Below are positions 18,551 through 28,930 of a stretch of DNA of 64,000 nucleotides, in pieces. The notes beneath the pieces were generated by a model. It had not been told where the DNA came from, searched no databases, and saw nothing but the letters and a program-made list of their open reading frames with translations. The translations under genes and the position numbers were made by a program. The DNA lies in NCBI GenBank assembly GCA_009838915.1, contig VXQT01000013.1:315161-379160 (forward strand), read 5' to 3'. The number at the start of each line of letters is the position of its first letter. The stretch's first letter is position 1. The DNA comes from Chloroflexota bacterium. Its GTDB lineage: Bacteria; Chloroflexota; Dehalococcoidia; Bin125.

Positions 18551-19732
18551 ATGGGTAAGCGCACCATGCGCGGCGAGACGGCGATCATCGGCGTCGGTGA
18601 GACAACCTACTACAAGCGCGGACGCTCGCCGGATGCCGAGTTCAAACTCGTGATCGAGGCGATCCTCAAGGCCAGCGCTGACGCAGGCATCGACCCGCGC
18701 GAGATCGACGGCTTCGCCTCCTACTCCAACGACCGCAACGACCCCTCGCGGATCGCCGCGGCGTTGGACATCAAGGATCTGCGCTTCTCCAATATGGAAT
18801 GGGGCGGCGGCGGCGGCGGCGGTTCGGCGGCCTGCGCGCACGCCGCTGCCGCAGTCGCGACCGGACTCGCCGACACGGTGGTGGTGTTCAGAGGACTGGC
18901 TCAGGGTCAGTTCGGACGCTTCGGTCAGGGCGCACGTGTGCCTCACGTGCGCGGCGACCAGGCGTACACGGCACCCTATGGGCTGATGTCGCCGGCGCAG
19001 TCCTTCGCGATGCGTGTCCACCGCCTGTTCGACGACCACGGGATCACGCAGGACACGCTGAAGGCTTGCTCGCTCGCGTCCTACCACCACGCGCAGAACA
19101 ACCCCCGCGCCGTCATGTACGGCCGACCGCTCTCGCCCGAGGACTACGACGCCTCGCGCTGGATCGTGGAGCCCTTCCACCTGTTCGACTGCTGCCAGGA
19201 GAACGACGGCGGCGCAGCGATGATCTTTGTCTCGGCGGATCGCGCCAAGGACTTCGCCAAGACCCCGGTCTACTTCCTCGGCGGCGCCGTCGGCTCCGGC
19301 AATCGGGCGGGCTCCGGTTCGCACAACGCCACCGACTACGCCACCTCGAACTTCAAGACGGTTGCGCCGCGCATGTACGACATGGCCGAGGTCAAGCCGG
19401 AGGAAGTCGATGTCGCGCAGGTGTATGAGAACTTCACCGGTGGCGTCGTGATGAGCATCATCGAGCACGGCCTGACCAGCTACGAAGAGGCAAACGACTT
19501 CATCACCTTCGAGAACCTCACCGCGCCGGCCGGCAAGATGCCGATCAACACCAGCGGCGGCAACCTCGCCGAGTGCTACATGCACGGGCTGGAACTGAAC
19601 ATCGAAGCCGTGCGCCAGGTGCGCGGCGAGTCCTGCAACCAGGTACCGGACGTGAACGTCTCGTTGGTCGCATCCGGTCCGATGGTCACCCCGGTCTCCG
19701 ACATGATTGTCGGTTCTGAGGCGGTGCTCTAA
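18551..19732 (+). CDS. Thiolase-like lipid-transfer protein (SCP-x/Ltp-type nonspecific thiolase)
   Basis: 393 aa with thiolase-fold N- and C-terminal regions (...NTSGGNLAECYMHGLE...). Paired with the downstream DUF35 gene. Confidence 0.8.
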   Translation: MGKRTMRGETAIIGVGETTYYKRGRSPDAEFKLVIEAILKASADAGIDPREIDGFASYSNDRNDPSRIAAALDIKDLRFSNMEWGGGGGGGSAACAHAAAAVATGLADTVVVFRGLAQGQFGRFGQGARVPHVRGDQAYTAPYGLMSPAQSFAMRVHRLFDDHGITQDTLKACSLASYHHAQNNPRAVMYGRPLSPEDYDASRWIVEPFHLFDCCQENDGGAAMIFVSADRAKDFAKTPVYFLGGAVGSGNRAGSGSHNATDYATSNFKTVAPRMYDMAEVKPEEVDVAQVYENFTGGVVMSIIEHGLTSYEEANDFITFENLTAPAGKMPINTSGGNLAECYMHGLELNIEAVRQVRGESCNQVPDVNVSLVASGPMVTPVSDMIVGSEAVL

Positions 19733-20181
19733 TGGCGAATCCTCCAAGGTACTACCTGGGCGAGGGCATGCCCGCCCCTGCTCCGGCGATTGACGGACTC
19801 GACACTGAGTACTGGGAAGGTCTCAAGCGGCACAAGCTGTTCGTTCAGCACTGCCACACCTGCGACCGCCCACAGTTCGGGCCCGAATGGGTCTGCCACA
19901 TCTGCCACAGCTTCGATCTTGGCTGGCGAGAGGTCGAGGGCAACGGACGGATATTCTCCTGGGAACGGGTCTGGCACCCGGTCCATCCTGCGCTGCAGGA
20001 CTCCTGCCCCTACCTCGTTGTCCTGGTCGAGTTGCCGAACCACGAAAACGTCCGCATGGTCGGAAACTTGCTCGGCGACCCGATGCAGACGGTTCAGATT
20101 GGCGCTGAAGTCCGCCCCGTCTTCGAGGACCACGACGGCGACGATCCGTACACGCTCGTGCATTGGGAAGTCGTCGAATAG
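19732..20181 (+). CDS. DUF35 Zn-ribbon/OB-fold protein (ChsH2/thiolase-partner type)
   Basis: CHTCDRPQFGPEWVCHIC zinc ribbon plus an OB-fold. The start overlaps the thiolase stop (TAATG). Confidence 0.8.
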   Translation: MANPPRYYLGEGMPAPAPAIDGLDTEYWEGLKRHKLFVQHCHTCDRPQFGPEWVCHICHSFDLGWREVEGNGRIFSWERVWHPVHPALQDSCPYLVVLVELPNHENVRMVGNLLGDPMQTVQIGAEVRPVFEDHDGDDPYTLVHWEVVE

Positions 20182-20261
20182 CAGGCGCAACCTCACTTCG
20201 CACGCGATTGCCGCGGTTCTGACAGCGTCGCGGGCATTACTTGGCCCGCGTGCATCCGGCC

Positions 20262-21104
20262 CTAGTCGCCTGTGGCAGCCTGTGCTCGCAGAAACTCCGT
20301 GACCAACGCCGCCGTCCGCTCGGGATGTTGGATGTGCGGGAAGTGACCGCAGTCGTCCCAGACGTGGATCTCAGCGTCGGCGAAGGTCTCCTGCTGGCGC
20401 TCGGCGTATCTCCAACTGATGAACGGGTCGTTCTTGCCGTAGATCACCAGCGCCGGAAGATCGCGGGGCGACAGCGCCTGGCCCAGGATGTGTCCCTCGT
20501 CGAAGTCGGTGTTGCGATACAGCTCCAGCGTGACCCGGCGCGTGTCGCGGTCGTCCTCGGTGATCAGTTCGTCCAGCCACTGCGGATGCAGCCCGCGCGG
20601 GTTGCCCCAGCGCATGAACAGCTTGAAGGCGGGACGGGTCGTAATCAACTGGAGGATCTCGCCGGCGTGCTTCGTGCGCCAGATGTTCGCCACCAGGTTG
20701 CCGGGATAGTCCTCCAGCACGCCGCCGTCGAGCAGCATGACCGACGCGCACTTGTCCGGGTTCATTGCCGCCCACATCAGGCCTGTCTGTGTATGGAAGC
20801 TATGCATCAACAGATGGACTCGCCTGAGCCCGAGTTCGTCCAGTGCGGGTGACAGCCAGGTCTGATAGCCCTCGATCGAGTAGGGGAAGCCTTTCGGCTT
20901 GTCGGCCCGACCGAATCCGGGCAAATCGATCGCCACGACCCGCATGACCTCACTGATCGCAGGCATCACGAACTGGAAGTCGCGGCCCGAGCCCGGGACT
21001 GAGTGCAGACAGACGACGGCCTCTTCGCTGTTGTCGTCGCCAAGTTCCGTAACCACTCCAGCGACGCCGTCAATCGTGAGCCGCGACTCCCTGAGCTCAG
21101 TCAT
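20262..21104 (-). CDS. Alpha/beta-hydrolase fold protein
   Basis: Start reassigned to MTELRESRLTIDGV (ATG 21104). Canonical alpha/beta hydrolase topology (...AIDLPGFGRADKP..., ...VWDDCGHFPHIQHP...). Confidence 0.75.
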   Translation of the reverse strand: MTELRESRLTIDGVAGVVTELGDDNSEEAVVCLHSVPGSGRDFQFVMPAISEVMRVVAIDLPGFGRADKPKGFPYSIEGYQTWLSPALDELGLRRVHLLMHSFHTQTGLMWAAMNPDKCASVMLLDGGVLEDYPGNLVANIWRTKHAGEILQLITTRPAFKLFMRWGNPRGLHPQWLDELITEDDRDTRRVTLELYRNTDFDEGHILGQALSPRDLPALVIYGKNDPFISWRYAERQQETFADAEIHVWDDCGHFPHIQHPERTAALVTEFLRAQAATGD

Positions 21105-21645
21105 CGGGGGTCCTCGTCTGAGTCGGTTGGCCTGAGGCGATCTGAGCCTGAGCTGTTCTCTCGCTTCCATTGGACATCGCAGCAGTCCCATTTGCGATCG
21201 GCGTCACGCACCACGGGCAGATTTGCCAGCTCGGGTCCAGGACGCGCTCGCACGTCGCGCAAGAGGAGCGAAGCGGCAAGGTGCAGCGCGGGCAGGCAAG
21301 GTAGTCCGCCAGGATCTCGCAACCGCAGCGCGGACAGGGCGGCGTCTGCTGGAGCTCGCGGGTCAGCGCGCTCGATTCCAGCCGATGCTCCTCCGCCTCC
21401 TGCAGCGTCAGCGGCGGGCGCAACACGCGGTAGACAACCAGTCCCGGGAAGTTGAAAATCAGCACAATCAGCGTGAAGACGATCTGCGCCATCGGTTCGA
21501 TTGTGCGCTGGTGAATGTCGCGCGCCGTCCAGACCACCGCAGAGAGCCAGAGCACGACGAAGTAGGCGCCGACGATCAGCGCGAGTATCAGGCCGGTGTT
21601 CTCAGGTGAGCCCCCGGGCCAGGAGATGCCGACGCCGTCGAGCAT
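21097..21645 (-). CDS. Membrane protein with C-terminal double zinc-ribbon
   Basis: Two N-terminal TM helices, then CPRCGCEI...CPRCTLPLRSSCATCERVLDPSWQICPWC. Its stop overlaps the hydrolase start by 8 nt, which suggests translational coupling. Confidence 0.7.
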   Translation of the reverse strand: MLDGVGISWPGGSPENTGLILALIVGAYFVVLWLSAVVWTARDIHQRTIEPMAQIVFTLIVLIFNFPGLVVYRVLRPPLTLQEAEEHRLESSALTRELQQTPPCPRCGCEILADYLACPRCTLPLRSSCATCERVLDPSWQICPWCVTPIANGTAAMSNGSERTAQAQIASGQPTQTRTPDD

Positions 21646-21700
21646 GGATCGCCTCTGCTGTCATCCCCCGCTCAGGCCACTATAGGCCGAATCCCGCATT

Positions 21701-23957
<2,257 letters not shown>

Positions 23958-23971
<14 letters not shown>

Positions 23972-24884
23972 CGCGTTGTTCCTGCTCCTGCGCCCTGACG
24001 CCGCGTTCGAAGGCGCCCAGGGCGTCTCGGAGGGCGTCCTCCGCTGACACATCCAGTTCACGGGCTTCCTGCACGAGATCGAGCAGCCGTTCTCCAAAAG
24101 AGGCGCTCAGGGCTGCATCTCGCCCGAACCCGTTGCGCTCCGCGCGGCCGAGGATCGACTGCGCCCGAGCCAGCGCCGGCAGCGTCCGCGGCACACCGTC
24201 GATCACCGATTCCCGGTGCGGCCGCTCTCGCGCCTTGAGCCGCTCCCAGGCGCCCTCGACCAACTTGGGCGTGTCGGCCGTGCCGTCGCCGAAGACGTGC
24301 GGATGCCGGCGCACCAGCTTAGCCCGGATCCCCTCCGAGACGTCGTCCAGCGTGAACTCGCCCGCCTGCTCGGCCAGCTTCGCGTGCAGCACGACCTGCA
24401 TCATCAGATCCCCCAGTTCCTCGCACAGCTCGGCCGGATCGCCCGCGGCGATCGCCTCCAGCACCTCGTACGTCTCCTCCAACAGATGCGGGCGCAGACT
24501 CTCGTGCGTCTGCGCGTTGTCCCAGGGGCAACCATCGACCGGGTCACGCAGCCGATCCATCACACCGCGCACACCGTCGGGCGCCTGGCGAACATCGAAC
24601 AGCAGAATCGGCTCCAGCACCAGCGCGACCGCATCAGGTGCCAGCTCGTCGGGTATGTCGGACACCGTGGCCTCCCGGAGGCGGAACGTCGTGTCGATTA
24701 CGCGCAACGGATGATCGCTCGGATAGTGGTGAAGCGCATCCGTCAGCTTCAAGCGATCGTCAATCAACACCACCAGCCGGCCGGTCGTGATCGGCGGCTC
24801 GTCGGCCGTCGCTCTCGCGACGGTCAACGTCGCTTCGTGTTCCAGTCCGGCCGCTTCGATAATCTGAGACAGGCTCACGGACAT
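23958..24884 (-). CDS. mazG: MazG-family nucleoside triphosphate pyrophosphohydrolase with N-terminal extension
   Basis: MazG motif ...DGCPWDNAQTHESLRPHLLEETYEVLEAI... The ~110-aa N-terminal domain resembles the actinobacterial MazG architecture. Its 3' end overlaps pcrA by 14 nt (convergent). Confidence 0.85.
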
Positions 24885-24922
24885 GGGCGAACTCCGGCTG
24901 ACGATACGCTCAGGCTTGACAT

Positions 24923-25657
24923 ATGAAGCCTATCGCCCGCATCTCGCCGACCCGCCTGCTTGCCGCGCTGGCGCTGGTAGCGCTCGCGCTCGCGCTGTTC
25001 ACGCTGCCGGTCGCGTTCACGGTCCGCTACGCCACTACGTCCGCCTCCTGGTGGGAGCGAGGCTTCGAGCGCTACGACGCCACCGGCCGCACCGGTCTCC
25101 CCCAGCATGAAGTGCTCCGGATCGCGGAAGAAACACGCGACTACCTGACCAACGACGACGTTCGCCTGGCGGTACAGGTCGGCGGCGCGCCGTTCTACAG
25201 CGAGCGCGAAATCCTGCACATGATCGACGTGAAGCGGCTCATGGCTCGCACGTTCGACGCCGGCTGGGCAGCCTTGGGCTTCATCGTCGCATTCATCGCG
25301 CTGTCCGTCTGGCGGCGCAGACGCGAAGCGCCCGTAGCATTGGCGCGGTCGACGCTCTCAGCATGTGGGGTCGTGGCACTGCTGGTCGTGGTGCTTGGCG
25401 TGATTGGCATCGCAGGATTCGACTCCGCCTTCCGGCAGTTCCACTTGCTCTTCTTCACCAACGATTTGTGGCAACTCAGCTCCAGAGACGGACTGATCCA
25501 GCTCTTTCCGCAGCGGTTCTTCTTCGACACGACGATGCTGATCGGGGGCGTGACGCTGGCGTTGGTCGTCGCTGCCGGCGCAGGATCCGCAACCTATCTG
25601 TGGTGGTTGCGCCGTACCGGTCGTTCGGGTCGCAACTACGATTCGGGAGTCGCGTAA
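24923..25657 (+). CDS. Integral membrane protein, DUF1461/TIGR01906-like
   Basis: N-terminal TM helix, a central soluble region, three further TM helices, and a conserved FFTNDLWQL motif. Confidence 0.55.
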   Translation: MKPIARISPTRLLAALALVALALALFTLPVAFTVRYATTSASWWERGFERYDATGRTGLPQHEVLRIAEETRDYLTNDDVRLAVQVGGAPFYSEREILHMIDVKRLMARTFDAGWAALGFIVAFIALSVWRRRREAPVALARSTLSACGVVALLVVVLGVIGIAGFDSAFRQFHLLFFTNDLWQLSSRDGLIQLFPQRFFFDTTMLIGGVTLALVVAAGAGSATYLWWLRRTGRSGRNYDSGVA

Positions 25658-27135
25658 GCGCCTGCTTCGTACCAGCCGGCCGTGAACAACAAGCCCTCGT
25701 GACGCACGACCCAGGTGTGCTTCTGCTCCTGCTCGCCGCTGTCGGGATTGAGAAACACGTAGCTCACCCAACCGCGATCTTCAATAGCAATGAACTCCTC
25801 GCGGAAGCGACGACCCGTGACATCGGGCCCGCCGTCGAGCAAGTTCTCTCCAAGCGGCAAGTAGGGATGCGCCAGCCGGGTGCCGTCGAGCTCGTAGATG
25901 CTCACGTACCACTCGCCGTCCACGCTGTCGGGCGAGTTGTGATACGCAATCACCGCTTCGCGACCATCGGCCTCGTAACGGTCGATCGCGTCCTGTACCA
26001 GAGCCCTGGCATAAGCGGCCGGATCTTGCTCTGCGAGATCGTAGTTGCGGTCATACCAGCCCGAGCCGAACAGCAGGTCTCCCTGCCGCACGATCCAACT
26101 GTGTTTGCGCTGGTACTGCAGCTCGGCGTCGGGATTGGGGAAGACGTACGAAATCCAGCCGCTCGTTTCGATCGACAGTGTGTCCGCCGTGTAGTCGTAG
26201 CCCGTCACGTCAACGCCGGTGCCGTGCAGGTTGCTGCCCAACCAGCCCGGCCGGTCGGCGCGAGCGCCGTTGACCAGGCGGGTGCCGTTCACATTGTGGA
26301 TGAACAGGTACCACTGCCCGTCGATGCTCTGTGGTGAGTTGTAGTACTCGAATGTCGCGTCCCGCCCGAGCACGCGGTACATCTCGAGCGCCCGCTCAAC
26401 GTAGGACTGGGTGAAGGCGCCCAGTGCGTGCGTCTTCGAAGGCCCATCCTCGTACCAACCGGAGCCAAAGATCAGGCCGTCGTGGCGCACAACCCAAGAG
26501 TGCTTAATCTCCGCCTGTCCGGTGGCCGGGTTGTCGAACTGGTAGTCGACCCAGCCGCCATTGCTCCTGGCAGCTGCCACCACGACTCGTCCTGCCGGGT
26601 ACCCGTCGGGTCCGTTGATGTCGTCGTTGTGCATACCAACCAGATCGGGATTTCGGTTGGCAATGGTCACTCCACTCTCATCGATGATGAAGACATACCA
26701 TTGCCCCTCAACGCTCTCAGGTGAGTTGTAGTAGGCCAGGGTCGCTTCACGTCCGTCGCGATCGAACCGAGCGATGGCTTGCTCGACGAACCACTGCGTG
26801 TACGCGGCGGGATCCGAGATGCGGGGAGCCGTTTCCGGGACACTGACGGCAATCGGGTCGCTGGCGTACCACTCGCCGGGCTCCGCGGGAACCGGCAGGA
26901 ATCGGGCCTCAGGCGTGTGAGTCATCCAATCGCTGCCGACGACCCTGGACTGCGCCCGCACTTCGACGCGACCGACGTCCGTCTCGCGCGCCTGCACGCG
27001 CACCTCGACTTCGCCGTCTCGGTCATTGTCGGAAGCCACGAACTCGAGCGGAAGCACACCGCTGAACACAACCACGGCGGACAGTGCAGCAACAAGCAAC
27101 GCCCCGGCAATCAGGGCACGTATCTGACGGGACAT
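25636..27135 (-). CDS. Secreted protein with three tandem single-Cache (sCache_2-like) domains
   Basis: N-terminal signal/TM (MSRQIRALIAGALLVAALSAVVV). Three ~125-aa repeats each read ...YYNSP(E/Q/D)SV(E/D)GQWY(V/L)FI...G(T/V)...(A/V)N...GGW(V/I)(D/S)Y(Q/V)F.NP....(K/H)(S/T)WVVRH(D/E/G)(D/G)L(I/L)FGSGWY. The repeats are also visible at the nucleotide level. Confidence 0.7.
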   Translation of the reverse strand: MSRQIRALIAGALLVAALSAVVVFSGVLPLEFVASDNDRDGEVEVRVQARETDVGRVEVRAQSRVVGSDWMTHTPEARFLPVPAEPGEWYASDPIAVSVPETAPRISDPAAYTQWFVEQAIARFDRDGREATLAYYNSPESVEGQWYVFIIDESGVTIANRNPDLVGMHNDDINGPDGYPAGRVVVAAARSNGGWVDYQFDNPATGQAEIKHSWVVRHDGLIFGSGWYEDGPSKTHALGAFTQSYVERALEMYRVLGRDATFEYYNSPQSIDGQWYLFIHNVNGTRLVNGARADRPGWLGSNLHGTGVDVTGYDYTADTLSIETSGWISYVFPNPDAELQYQRKHSWIVRQGDLLFGSGWYDRNYDLAEQDPAAYARALVQDAIDRYEADGREAVIAYHNSPDSVDGEWYVSIYELDGTRLAHPYLPLGENLLDGGPDVTGRRFREEFIAIEDRGWVSYVFLNPDSGEQEQKHTWVVRHEGLLFTAGWYEAGAYATPES

Positions 27136-27177
27136 GGGGTATCCAGACGCTAGCAGACTCGGAGGTGCGTAAGGTCT

Positions 27178-27429
27178 CTAGTTCAGCGCGCCCATGCCGC
27201 CGCCGCAACCGCAGGAGCCGCGACCGCAGGCGCATCCGCCGCCTGTTGGCATCGCTTCAGCCGCGTCGACATCCGAGTACTGACCGGCAATCGAAACCAT
27301 CGCCGTCGTCAGCACCTTCTGCGCGACCGCGCCGCAGTCGCACTCGTACGGCTCTGAGGCGGCGCTCATTGGCCGCAGCTTGGTGAACTTCTCGTTGCAG
27401 TCTCGGCAATAGTACTCGTACATCGGCAT
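27178..27429 (-). CDS. FmdB-family zinc-ribbon protein with Cys/Gly-rich C-terminus
   Basis: MPMYEYYCRDCNEKF...YECDCG, C-terminus GGGCACGRGSCGCGGG. Start reassigned to ATG 27429 (GGAG ribosome-binding site); the track ORF extended into the tRNA. Confidence 0.75.
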   Translation of the reverse strand: MPMYEYYCRDCNEKFTKLRPMSAASEPYECDCGAVAQKVLTTAMVSIAGQYSDVDAAEAMPTGGGCACGRGSCGCGGGMGALN

Positions 27430-27525
27430 GGCTGGCGCTCCGCCTTCTTGCTCATGGTCTGCCCGCAGGATACGAAACAGACCGCGAGGATCAATCGAGC
27501 CGCTCGCGAATACACTCAGCAACAG

Positions 27526-27600
27526 CCCCCCGTAGCTCAGGGGATAGAGCACCGGTTTCCTAAACCGCGCGCGGAGGTTCGAATCCTCCCGGGGGGACCA
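27526..27600 (+). tRNA. tRNA-Arg (anticodon CCT)
   Basis: Cloverleaf by hand: acceptor CCCCCCG/CGGGGGG, D-arm GCTC..GAGC, anticodon loop TTCCTAA, T-arm GGAGG-TTCGAAT-CCTCC, encoded CCA. C1:G72 is unusual; coordinates +/-2. Confidence 0.75.
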
Positions 27601-27651
27601 GAGGACGTAGCTGCGTCCAGCCGAATCCCTAATGCCTGATACGTTGCGGCG

Positions 27652-28920
27652 ATGAGCGACCTCGCCGCCGAGAAGCGAGCCGTGCGCGGCGTGCCGCTCC
27701 CGGTGGTTGCCGTTGCGCTGGCCGTTGCAGCGACGCTACTTGGCGACTCGATGCTCTACGCCGTGATGCCCTCGCAGCCCGAGGCCTGGGCGCTCTCGCT
27801 GCCTGCGGTCGGCATCCTGCTCTCGGCCAACCGACTGGTGCGACTCGTCACCAATTCAGTGGTGGCGGTGATCTTCCAGCGACTCGGCCAGCGCGGCCCG
27901 TTTATCGCGGCTCTGTTGTTGTCAGTAGTGGTCACGCTCTGCTACGGCTGGTCCACCGCCTTCGGACTGCTCCTGGCGGCGAGGATGGTCTGGGGATTTT
28001 GCTGGTCGACTCTCCGGCTGGGCGGCTTCTGGACCGTGCTGAGCGAGGCTGGAGACCACAATCGCGGGCTGCTAATGGGCGCCTACTCGGCGATTGTGCG
28101 CATGGGATCGGTTGGCGGTGTACTGGTCGGCGCTGCCCTGACCGATCTCTTCGGACACCGCCTGACCCTGACTCTCTTCGCCGCCGTGATGGCTGGGACG
28201 GCCGTCGCCTGGGTACTCACCAGCAGGCGGCCGGCCCTGGCCGCTCGGCCGGCGCAGCGCGAGTCGGAACGCACCGATCTCCGCGTTGTGCTCACCGACC
28301 GGCGCCTGCTGGTCACTTGCGGCGCCATTCTGGTCACCGGGCTCGTCTTCTCCGGGCTGGTCACTGCCTCGCTCGGCTTCTACCTCAAAGAGCACTTCGG
28401 TCAACAGATCGCAATCCTCGGGATGGCCCTCGGCGTCACCACTGCTACGGGAATCCTGCTCGGGTCCCAGTGGCTACCGCTCTCGCCGCTGTTTGGCTAC
28501 CTCTCCGACCGCTTTGGCCGCGTCATAGTGATCAGCGCAGGCTTTGCGACCGGGGCCGCCTGGCTGGTTGTCCTGGCCGCCACCGACTCGATCTGGCTGA
28601 TCCTGGCTGCCGTTCTCTCCGCCTTCGTTGCTTCTACGTCCCTCACCGTGACCCTGCACGCGACCGCCGGCGACCTCGCTCCGCCCGAGCGTCGCAATGC
28701 CGTGCTCAGCGCCTACGCCACCTTCCTCGACCTGGGCAGCGCTCTCGGGCCGCTGATTGGCCTCTCATTCGCCAGCCTGGCGGCCCTTCAAGGTCTCTAC
28801 AGCGGAGCAGCCGTGCTGCTAGTGGTGGCAGCGCTCAGCTTCTGGCTCGTCTTTCGCGGCGGACCATCACAGGTCGCTCACTCGGACCCGAACGAGACTC
28901 AACCCACGGAGACTTGGTAG
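27652..28920 (+). CDS. MFS transporter
   Basis: 422 aa with 12 predicted TM helices and MFS-like loops. Confidence 0.8.
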   Translation: MSDLAAEKRAVRGVPLPVVAVALAVAATLLGDSMLYAVMPSQPEAWALSLPAVGILLSANRLVRLVTNSVVAVIFQRLGQRGPFIAALLLSVVVTLCYGWSTAFGLLLAARMVWGFCWSTLRLGGFWTVLSEAGDHNRGLLMGAYSAIVRMGSVGGVLVGAALTDLFGHRLTLTLFAAVMAGTAVAWVLTSRRPALAARPAQRESERTDLRVVLTDRRLLVTCGAILVTGLVFSGLVTASLGFYLKEHFGQQIAILGMALGVTTATGILLGSQWLPLSPLFGYLSDRFGRVIVISAGFATGAAWLVVLAATDSIWLILAAVLSAFVASTSLTVTLHATAGDLAPPERRNAVLSAYATFLDLGSALGPLIGLSFASLAALQGLYSGAAVLLVVAALSFWLVFRGGPSQVAHSDPNETQPTETW

Positions 28921-28930
28921 CCCTTCTGCC

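Noticed and set aside
27430-27552. Upstream extension of the FmdB ORF (MLYPLSYGGLLLS...)
   Set aside because: It runs into tRNA-Arg on the opposite strand. The FmdB family N-terminus is MPMYEYYC, which carries its own GGAG ribosome-binding site.
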